The notes under the pieces are model-generated. The model ran no database searches. It was given only the letters and a program-made list of their open reading frames with translations, and was not told the DNA's origin. A stretch of DNA of 64,000 nt from Paramoeba atlantica (Eukaryota > Protista > Discosea), in the NCBI GenBank assembly GCA_977017575.1, contig CDRNVI010000043.1, positions 682,001-746,000 on the forward strand. Direction: 5' to 3'. Positions 39,124 through 49,622 of this stretch are shown here, in pieces (the stretch's first letter is position 1; each line of letters starts with the position of its first letter). A program made the translations under genes and the position numbers.

Positions 39124-41280
39124 CGACATCTGCGTCTTCCGTTTGCTTTCCGGATAGTCGCTAACGAGTATTTCATTGCAGACAAGGTCCGGTGCCATAT
39201 GCGATTGCGCTGGGGGTATTGACATTCCGCGTAGTCACGTACAATATCACGATAGATGGCAATCACACTCGGTATGAATTCATAACACTCCACAAAGAGC
39301 GGCCATTGCACGGGCACTGCAGCAAAACAGCGCTTTCAAACCATTCATGCGGATGTTCTACTGCGAATACGGCGACCCCTCGGACTTGCTTTTCTTTGCG
39401 AACAACCGCCTCCACACTACGATAAAGAGCACGTCCGGGGTACGGCAAGGCTCTGCGCTTTCCTCTCTTTACTTTTGTGCACTACTACAAGGAGCGTTGG
39501 TGGAAGTCGCCGAGTTATTCCCCGAGGTTAAAATCCGCGCCTATATGGATGATGTGACGATGTCGTCGAAAAACCGTCTTTCCCTAGAAGCAGCCTTCCT
39601 GCAGCTGCGTGAATTATCATCCGACATTGGCATCAATATCAACTTCTCGAAATCAGAATGGTTTGATCACGAAGCTACTAAGCAAAACAACGAACAATCA
39701 TTGGCTCTCAGTTCTTTAGGGGTATCCAAGTGTGACAAAACTATCAAAATTCTCGGCGCCTACATTGGGCAACGTGCAGAGATAAGTGCTCTTCTCGTCC
39801 GAAAACTTGAGAAACATCAATGTTTATTCCGCAGGCTACGAAAAATGGGTCCTAGCAACATCTCCCTCGCCATGCTGCAACGATGTGCACTCCCGCGAAA
39901 CGATTATCACCTTCGAGTTCACCGACCGGCAGAATCCCTGGATATGGCACAAAGATTTGACACAGAAATTGCTGATATTGTAAAATATTGGTTCTTCGCA
40001 GATGACACTTCCATTCAACTAGCGTCACTACCGCAACACTTGGGTGGCCTTGGGCTAACTCCTTCTACTCTGAAGCAGCGATACTATTTTGACACCGCAC
40101 GAAAATCTATTGATGAGCAACTAATTACCCCTAAAGCTCCGGTAGGTATTCGCATGTCGAAAGATCAAAACAGAGACACGAAACCCATGCAGCAAACAGC
40201 TCGAATACATGCATCCAAAGCCATAAAAAAAGAACAAAAAGATCTAGCAACAGACCTACGCAAAGACCCACGATTGGACTCCATTCTGAAGCGAACCACG
40301 ACGTCATTTCGCCACCTACAATCCACTAGCGGATATGTGAATCCCTACCTTTTCCGATATACCATTATGACCAGGTTGGGAATCAAGCTTCCTTCGATGC
40401 CGGAAAGAGCCGAGTGCCCGGGTTGTGCTGCTGAGATGAGATCGGACGAAATCTTCCAACATATAATCGGATGCACAAAATGCGCAGGAATGAACGCAAC
40501 AAGAAAGCATTCATCTCTTGTACGGTTCCTAGCAGATCTGTGCTCTAAAGCGGGCCTCCCCTCTGTGATTGAACCGCGCATGCATGCTTCCTTTTACTGC
40601 ACAAAATGCAAAGCGCACATTTCTCCAGAATCGATTGAGAAGCACCCTTGCCGTGCCCGAAGAATACGCTCTGGCCCCGACCTCGGTATTATGTGGCCAC
40701 ACATGGGTGAAGTACTGTATGACATCACCGTAGTTCACACCGGAAGCTTAAGCTATCGGAAGATGACTGAAACACAGCTGTTGCAAAATGCGATTGAGAG
40801 GAAAAGGAAAAAGTACGTTGAATCCGGCGGGATCGAAGAAGATTACTTTAAGTGCATTGCAATGACCGAAAGTGGTTCTTTGCACGAACACACACGGAAT
40901 CTCATAGCCTCCCTCGCTAAGAGAGCGAACCTTAACGTTCCTGAAGTTCGTGAGGCATTTCAGCTTGAGATTGAAAAACTCAACGCTTATACAATTGTCT
41001 CACAGCTCCGTGACCTCCTACCGCGAGCTTCATGGCTCGGTTCCATGAAAGCTTGAAAAGGACGATAGGACACAAGTTTGCGTGATAATCTTTTTTTGTT
41101 GGTGTTTCAGAAATGCGAAATATGAGTTTACGATATGAAATTTAGGATACTATAACTAATTTTTTCGCCATAGGAAAAAGCTAGTAAACTGTAACTTTCC
41201 TAAAACCGGATGGATTAGATGATCTTTGTTTTTATTAAGACCTTTGTTTTTATTAAGACCTGTGTTTTATTAAGAAAAAA
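39124..41280 (+). mobile_element. CRE-clade element I: 3' part (RT from RAAIA onward, RLE, 3'UTR, A-tail) with an inverted 5' fragment at 39124-39293
   Basis: ORF 39347..41056: GVRQGSALS, AYMDD, CPGC, CTKC, SGPDLGI. The minus-strand fragment EFIPSVIAIYRDIVRDY is homologous to upstream regions of H and B. Confidence 0.82.
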
Positions 41281-41349
41281 AAAATAACAATAACAATATT
41301 CATTAAGACCAAGACAACGTTTTTTATTAAGACAACGTTTTTTATTAAG

Positions 41350-41798
41350 TGATACCGTTCGGAGTGTGGGCATAGGTTCCAGATCTAGGTCATCCTCAGT
41401 GTGTTGGAAAGTCGGGCGACAGTTTAAAAGGCGTTGCAGGACGCCATCGCTCGGAAGCATGCGAAATATGTAAAATCAACTATGTTGCGAAATGATCAAT
41501 TTCAATGCCTCCCTATATTGTCCTGCGGGGCTCTCCACAATAACACAAAATCTCTACTACAGCTCCTGGCGGAAAAGGTCTACCGCGAACCCAAGGCGAT
41601 TCTGAATGATTTTGTGCTTCTTCAACAGGAATTGAATGGAGCGATAGTCCAGGCGCAATTGCGTAGCTACTTACCGGATCCGAAAGATGAGTATGCTTAT
41701 TAGAGTCGAGTCCGAGCCTGGACTTATTTGGTGGATAAGGTAGTAATAGGAAGAAGTGGAAAAGGTAGGAGGATAAATTAGGAATACGAAAAAAAAAA
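41350..41798 (+). pseudogene. Short B-type 3' fragment (41430-41798) joined to an inverted N-terminal fragment (41350-41410)
   Basis: QDAIARKHAKYVKS..CLPILSCG on +, HTEDDLDLEPMPTLRTVS on -. Confidence 0.7.
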
Positions 41799-42004
41799 GC
41801 TTAAGGATCTACACCCGGAGGGATAACGTCAAAAAAAAAAAGCTATCGGAATTCTACAGAAAAATGCCTGCGAATCAATTGTCCCTGCCAACCACAAAAA
41901 AAAAATTGTTAATGAATGAACACTATTGTGGTATTCTTGATTTATCGTGTATTCAAAATTCACCGTTAAAGATTTCCTATTTTTTAAAAAAAAAAAAAAA
42001 AAAA

Positions 42005-43612
42005 GTTTAACGATAAAGATATAGATTAACGATAAAGATACAGTTTCTGTACCTTGTTGAATTATTTTTCTTCATTTCAATTACTTTTCAGGCACGAGCC
42101 TCCCCCCCTATGCCCGACGCCGACAAAACGACGACCCATTCCACGACACACCCCGAAGCAAAGCGAGAATCAAACTTTGGTGACGAGGCCGCCTCACACG
42201 AATTGGGTTCTTGGGATCAATTTGAAGCGAACAAACACCTCACGATCGGGGAAAGCACATATGATGAGGCGCTGTATACTACTAAACTTCCTGACGATCT
42301 TCCGCCGGAATTGACACAGCGATCCGAAGAAATCGCTCGAAGAATGGTTACAACTATGACGAGCAAAGAGTCATTTTCCCTGACCTCACGCTACAGGACC
42401 TGGATTTTACTGTCAGCAGAAGCCCTGGAGGCCGAAAAAAGAAAAAGCACCCCAAGAGCGACCGTCACTCCCGAGTAGACCTAGAGTCCGAAACCGACAG
42501 TGGAGATGGTGCAGTCCCAGAATGCCCTCCCAACGACAGCGCTTCTGAATCCCCAGATGGAAAACGCAAGCGTCGCGAGCTTACCACCGAAACGGCCAAT
42601 GACTTATCGACCGCAAATGTGACGACGGACACCCAACAGACCAAAGAGCGAAACCAGTGGAGACGTGTACATGGAAGACGGGGCCACACGGTGGCCAATG
42701 GCGAGCTTTTTATAACCATGTTGCCCACAAGCACTGGGAGGAAGTCTCAGACTCTTGGTGGACAGGGGAAGGGAGATTTCTGTGTGTAAAATGCTGCAGG
42801 CACTATGACTTAGGAAAGCAAGAATCCCATGAGAAACATTGCGAGTTTCAACTCTCACCCTCTCAACTCTCACGCTCTCGAGAACAGAAAGCACCCGTTG
42901 CCCCTACCAATTCTGCAACCACTACTCCCTCAGAGCGCGCCGCCCAAACCGAAGTCGCCACCTTACCTGCACAGACAGCCGCTGACCTAGAGGCCAAGAA
43001 TGGAAAGATGAGTATCGACGAACCTCTGCCGCCCCTAGCCTCCATATGCTCCGCGCCTATCAACACCTGCAAGGATATTCCAAACAGTTGCCGACAAGCA
43101 TGGGCCAAAATATTCTGCGAATATCTATCCTCAGCTGTCCGGGAAAACACGACTAAGGCTTGGACGCTCCTTGCAATGTTGCCAAAGTGTGTGTTGCCGG
43201 CCCCAAGGCGCGGAGGTCATAGGGCGAAAACTTATTACGCTTCACACGTCCGGAAATGTCTAGCCAAATGGTCGTCAAAACAATATCTATCACTTTGGAA
43301 CGAAACATGTAAGACTTTGAATCGTAAGAAACGTGCTGCGCAAGCAACAAGCCTAGAAGACGAGGGGAAGAAAGCGTGTCTTCGCGCGGAGCGACTGGCC
43401 CGCGACGGAGAACTTTCTCGCGCCATGACCGCACTGACTTCTTCGCCGCTAGCACCAGACGACGACAACACGTACGCCAAACTTCAGGCCAAACACCCTC
43501 CACGAATCTCCGCATCCACAACATCCCCCAGCTTAACTCCGGAAACAGAACCACTCAAAGTCACCGAGGAAGAAGTCGCAGCTGCGCTCTCAACCTTCCA
43601 CAGAGGATCATC
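42005..43612 (+). pseudogene. A-type element J: SL-headed, degenerate, 3'-truncated at TFHRGSS
   Basis: SL at 42026-42059. ORF pieces 42110..42478 (WDQFEANKH..STYDEALYTT) and 42657..43652 (Zn finger, MLPKCVLPAP). Confidence 0.85.
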
Positions 43613-44371
43613 ACGTCAGGGCATCCGGCTTATGTCGGATGATGGGACTTAGCGATCCCAACTTCCCGAGCTAACTCACCCGGCGTCGCATAACAAGACG
43701 CTAAAGAACTAGGGTGAGCACAACGAAGACAATATGGATGACACTACCCGGTGCCAGTAAAACGAGGCACTAAATAATTAGGGTGGATGTCATTCTGGCA
43801 ACGTAACGCAACGCACTTGCAGTCCATCGTTTCACTTCACCCTTGCGTTTCCAGGGACTTCCTCCTTCCAAATATGCCGCCAAAGGAGATTTTGCACCAA
43901 CCTCGCTCTACTTTTGTGCGTTACTGCTTTTACAAAGGGAATCGACTCGTTCCTTCTCCTCGTTTTTCCTTCCCCCCTTCTCTCGCTTCTTTGAGAGAAA
44001 ACTACAACCGCACATCTCTAACTATATATTAAAAAACGAGTGTAAGAAATCCATTCTAAAGAAAAAGAATGATTCCCGCTAACTTTCCAAAAACGTCTCC
44101 CATAGCAACTGGCCGAACGCCTGATTCGATCAAACCTGATGCGACATAGGTGTTTTGCTTGCGGGAGATCGCGTCACGCATGAGTTGGGGGGCCTTTTTG
44201 CCTTGATGCGATAAAGCAATACAATGCCGGAAAGATGCATATGCGAGATTAACGTCGTCGACGTAAGCATGGACGTTGACTTCCGACTACAAATTTGGCG
44301 CTACACCCTACAATCTATTCAAATCAAAACAAAAACAAAAAAAAACGAAACACATTCCTGCCATTGTTCCT

Positions 44372-45190
44372 TCATATCGCATAGTCTGTACCCCGTTTGT
44401 CCTTCTCAAGAAAGGATCTCAGCTGCGAATATACAACAGCTCCATTCAACTCTTGAAGACAGAGTTGAAACTCCATCTGCGTCTGTTTTCGAGGCAGGCA
44501 ACAAGCGTCTGCTAGGGCGTTGAGAAGAGATTTCGTATTTTCGTGTAGAGACCCGCCTGACAGCACTGGCACGCACCGAAACGTTTCCTCTGATATCAAA
44601 CCCGAGCGAACATAGGTGTCTTGTTTACGTTTGATCGCGTCGCGAAAAAGTTTGCCACATTTTGTTCCGAGATTAGAGGGCGCTAACTCGTGAATCACGG
44701 TGAAATCATAGAATATCTCGCCGGAATTCCAAAAAACTACAAGATCGGGACCCGATCTGCGGAAAGAACGGCCTCCGCAAACTTTTCCATGCGTCCGTCT
44801 GTAATCAGGATCCACTTTTTCGTTGCATTGTGTGCACGAAAACGTTGCGAAATTACGCGGCTCTTTTTCGCAGGGAATCCCAGCTTTTAAACACAACTCG
44901 TAGAGAAAATTTACTAAAGAGTTATGCTTCGCTGTGGCGTTGAGACCGGGGCATTTCGAACAGCCAGGTATGTGCGCGAGCATGGCTTTCGAATCTAGCA
45001 GAATCCGGCACCCGGGGCAGAGCAACTGTTTTGGCAGTAGAGGATGCGCGATTCCGAGTCGCGGCATTAAAGCAAGCGAAAAAAGGCGCGAGGGAACAAA
45101 CTTAGCATTAGACATGACCCATTCTGCGTTGCCCTTATATGAGACTGCTTGTAAGATGGCAACCGAGTCTGACTTCGAAGAAGCACACAC
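44372..45190 (-). pseudogene. 5'-truncated B-type CRE 3' fragment (Zn knuckle + RLE)
   Basis: LALMPRLG, CPGC, SGPDLVVFWNSGEIFYD. Confidence 0.85.
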
Positions 45191-46026
45191 GATTAGTCCG
45201 TTTCCTAGGTGAATTGTGTGCCAAAGCAGGGGTGCCCCATGTTATAGAACCTCGAGTACATTCATCATTCTTCTGCACCAAATGTAAGGCCACCATATCC
45301 GAAGAGCTCTCTGAACATCACCCATGCAGAGCAAGACGTATGCGATCAGGCCCTGATCTCGGTATCATGTGGTCCCATCTCGGAGAAATTCTCTACGATG
45401 TCACCGTAGTTCACAGTTGTGCCCCGAGCTATGCCAAAACCTCCGTCGAGCAGTTAATCCAAAATGCCCTTGAGCGCAAGCACAAAAAATACGTTGTACA
45501 AGGGGGCATACCGAAAGAAAGTTTCAGCTGCTTGGCAATGACCGAATTAGGACAGTTGCACAACAACACGAAAACTCTCATTGTCTCGCTCGCACAACGG
45601 TCACAACAAAACGTGAAGGATGTCAAAGAAGCGTTCCAACTTGAAATAGAGAAGATGAACGCGTACACAATTGCCACGCAACTCCGACAATACTTTCCAC
45701 CAATTCAGTGGCTCGGAGGACTTGAACACTAATCAGAATTTCCTTTCACTTACAACCTCTATTCGATTTGATAAAATTCCCCGTCATCTACGTTGATATC
45801 ATCTCATGATCTAAGTTGATATTAACTTATTTCAGATAAAGAGCTCACGGAGAGTATTGCTGCTGTTAATGTCTGTACTTTTCTCAATATGCTTTACAAT
45901 AGGAGGAACCAAGGAGTGAATTTTGTTTGTTTGGAGTGAATTTTGCTTGTTTTAATAGTTTACTCATTATTCATTCTTTATATTCTTGGTAGGTGTTCTT
46001 TATAAAAAGTGTGTTCTTTATAAAAA
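45190..46026 (+). pseudogene. 5'-truncated I-subfamily CRE 3' fragment, back-to-back with the previous one
   Basis: LVRFLGELCAKAG, CTKC, SGPDLGIMW; closely similar to the C-terminus of 39347..41056. Confidence 0.85.
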
Positions 46027-46662
46027 GAAATCCACGCCGAGGGGCTCCCTGGAAACATATACACTGATAACATATATGAATAAATGAACAACTATGAATA
46101 GCTCAATCGTAATTCAAAATGACACAACATATCATTCATTCATTTCACACGCACAAAGATGGAAAAGAAACAAGCCTGCATAAAACAACACAATCAATGT
46201 CACTCTGTTAACGGGGTTCCCCCCCACCGGAACCCTCGGCCAAATGGCTGGGGGCTCGGTGGGTGGGCACAAAACTTTAAACGTAACAAAATAACAACCT
46301 AACAAGAATATAACAAACGAGTAAACACCCCCCTCCATGCAATTAGAGAATACTACATCATAATTTGAGAAAATTATGTGCCCCGAAGGGCCAGCAGGCA
46401 AATATATAGCCGCCCCTCGGCTAAATTTCAAAACGTGAACTATTAGAAATCCACGCCGAGGGGCTCCCTGGAAACATATACACTGATAACATATATGAAT
46501 AAATGAACAACTATGAATAGCTCAATCGTAATTCAAAATGACACAACATATCATTCATTCATTTCACACGCACAAAGATGGAAAAGAAACAAGCCTGCAT
46601 AAAACAACACAATCAATGTCACTCTGTTAACGGGGTTCCCCCCCACCGGAACCCTCGGCCAA
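46027..46662 (-). mobile_element. 3' terminal repeats (B1-A2-B2) of a third VIPER-like subfamily; ORFs missing
   Basis: 46030-46243 = 46449-46662. Junction ttaGAAatccacg and G-rich spacer as in VIPER-like 2. Confidence 0.8.
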
Positions 46663-46849
46663 CCTGCCCACACACACGTCACAATAAACGCAAAATGCCC
46701 AATCACGTAGTCAAATATTAATAGATAGAAAATATCAAAATATGCAGAGCTCACAAAAGGATAACGATAGCAATAGATGACCAGTCCATTACCACGCCCT
46801 TTACAAGCTCACACGAGCTACACAGGTTACGCTTTCAACCTCTGCCCAT

Positions 46850-47035
46850 ATACCAACTTGGGACCTAGAAGTGTGGAGCAACTAGGCGTGGTGTACGGCC
46901 GTGTCAACAATGACGCGGTTAAAAACATTAAGGCGCTAATCGCAGAGTAAAGAAAACTTTACTCACCTTTATCTCACATTGGGGAACCTTGTTTTCGAAA
47001 ACCAAGGCGTGAGGATAAAGTTTGTCAACCGATTA
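46850..47035. ncRNA. Third, divergent copy of the CRE 3'UTR structured motif, in a 3'-end stub
   Basis: ctcacattggggaaccttg..aaggcgtgag core and ccgtgtca-acaa-tgacgcgg hairpin. Confidence 0.6.
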
Positions 47036-47097
47036 ACATCCATAACCTTCCAAAATTATAGGGACAACCTCCAAACCCCAGGACCCCATCCGCTCTA

Positions 47098-47128
<31 letters not shown>

Positions 47129-47324
47129 CGCCCTTATCAACTTCGCCCGCTTCTCTCCCTTATCTCCACCCCTCAAAGAAACCATCCGCGACTTTCCGAC
47201 TTCACCCGCTTCTTTCCCTCACTTCCCCCCCCCCCCGAGCATCCATCCGCGCCTTCCAAACTTTGCCCTCCTCTTTCCCTCACTTCCCCCCAGAAATCAA
47301 TCCGCGCGTGCTCCACCCCTTCTT

Positions 47325-47560
47325 CCAGCAGTGCGCGCTTCGGACCGGGTCTCTCGACCTCTCCACGGCCTGGCTTGGGAACCCTTCCCTTGTTATGCGG
47401 GAGGGCGCAGGCGCGGGCATGTGCCGACAGCGGCACGGTCACGAAGTTGGGTTTTGATCGCCGGATTCGGATGAATGTTCCGAATCCATACCTGTCTCAC
47501 ATTGGGGTACCTTGCTCGTGAAAGCGAGGCGTGAGGATAGGCACTGTCGGCTCGATCGGC
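47325..47560. ncRNA. Structured 3'UTR motif of element C
   Basis: Homologous to 8390-8620 with compensatory base changes. Confidence 0.65.
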
Positions 47561-49622
47561 CTCGGGCCGCTCTGGAGGCTATTCCTCCAGAGTTGCGATG
47601 GGGTCTTCGGAAGGTGAACGAGCAACCATCATGCGCGCTTGAAAGCGCATAAGGGTTATGTTTAGTTCAGCGAAGATTCGGCTCGTTGCCTCACCTTCCG
47701 AAAGTAGACCCCCCGAGGCGTGCGAACACCTCTCACCGACTTTGCGGAGCACGGCTGAAGCGCTGGGGCTCCAGGCGCCATAACTTTCGACAACCATGGC
47801 CGTAAAGTCGCATCCTGCCTCTACGGCTTCTCGACGCTGCTTGCCCTTCTCCATTGAGGAATAATGTTCGGCAAATGACCCCGCGGCAACCCAGCTAGCG
47901 TTTCGGACTTTGTCCGTATATTTTAATTGCTGAGCATGGGTGACCGCGAAGTCAAGCACAATGGGATTTCCAAGAAAAAGGCTGGGCAAGTATATGTCGC
48001 CAGGTCTGGTGAGGGCCCCGCCTGGGCCCCTGTTCCCGAGACTCTTTTCTCGTTGAGGGGCGAGGCGGGCTCGACTGCACACGTCCGCGAACTGGTCCGT
48101 AACAGCGTTGTGCCTGGTCACAATACCATGGCCATGTTTGCAAGACAGTGCATGGTCCCCTTTGCTGTCAAGGGGGAGCGAGCATTTCGGCATGGGGCAC
48201 GTGCTATCTTCATGGTAGATGTCCACGCCTAACCACCAACGGGCCAAAGTTCGGAATTGTGTGGGGGTAAAGGCGTGCCCAAGGTCTTTCGAAGGAGTCA
48301 CAAAGGCCCAGCTGCTCGCTCCCGTGCCACACTGGGAGATCCACCTTGCACGGGTTCGTGCGTCAGTTGTCTCATATTCCTGGGAAAAGGCATGGGCTGC
48401 AATAGCATAACTGATTACCCGCTGGCGCGGGATCTTCCCTTTGGGCCACTGTGGGGGTAACATGTCCTGGCATTCTTCAGAACCGTAGAGGGGAGTCGAG
48501 AGTGGGTAGGCATCCGTGGGTGTGTTGGCCGTGCGGGAAGTCGTACGAAGAATATGTCCCGGAGGCTCGTCCGGGGGGTGAGGATCATTCCCTGGCGGAG
48601 GGCGCCTTCTCTTCCGGTAGGAGTACGGCGCGCTCAGGGCCTTCTCGCATGGGGCGTTGGGAGTTGTGAGAACACGACCTCGGGGATCGAGGAGAGCAGT
48701 GCCGGCCTTCTGATTGATGTCGAGGATGGCCTCCGAGAAACCTTCAGCGTCTGTGGGATCCCAGGAATCTGTGGCAGAGGCAAAGGCGACGGATGCAACG
48801 TAAGCCGCGGAGGCGTGGAGAGCTGCGGATCTCAGACCTAATCCCCCATGACGCTTCAGTCGCTGTGCTTGAGATTGTGCTGACCTGTCCAGAGGACAGA
48901 TGATTGCCTCTATAGCGGTCATGAGAAAGTCGTCTAAACGGGAGCAAAGGTGAATCAGGGACTGTGGGGGCGTGCTTCTCATGGCATACACCATTTGACA
49001 GAACCCCGCACATTGACGAATTAGGGCAAGCGCGACCTGGGGGTCCTGAATGTTGGTGATGGCATCGAGGGTATCCTCGGCTGGTTCTAGGGCGTGAGAA
49101 AGAAGATAAGCAGAGCAGTGGTCGGCGGATCCTACAGGACTCCCTAGTATGTCAAAGTTCCCCTGCGAATTGATCTTCTCGTCGGGTATGTCTGGGAAGT
49201 AATCAGCCTGGTGGGCCGAGCTGGGGGAAGTAATAATTTCGCATTTCGACGTATTGAGATACAAGCCCCATTGAGGTCCTACTCGGGCGATCGTGTCTAG
49301 GGCGTCTCTAACTTCCTGCGCCTGGCCAACGAGGACGCCATCGTCGAGATACCAGAGTTGGGCGGGAATATCAGTTTGAAGGTTAATGGCTTCTGAGAGC
49401 TTCAGGGCCACTAACGAGAAGAGCAATGGTCCTAGGGGATCGCCCTGTTGTACTCCTTCCTCGGAGGAGATGAATCGGGCCTCGTAGGTAAGAGAGCTGG
49501 GGTCGGAATAGCACCAATTGATCCAAGGGAAGAGTTCCGGGAAATATTCCTGTACTAGTGGAAGGAAGGCAGCCCTGCTTACGTTATTGAAAGCGTTACG
49601 TAGGTCCACTTTGCACATGTAT

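Larger units (their letters stand above)
9718..39503. repeat. Tandem segmental duplication: 9718-19444 repeated at 19454-39503, with insertion differences between the copies
   Basis: The order A-B-H5'-I is repeated and near-identical. Junction with a 9-nt templated insert at 19445-19453. Confidence 0.85.
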
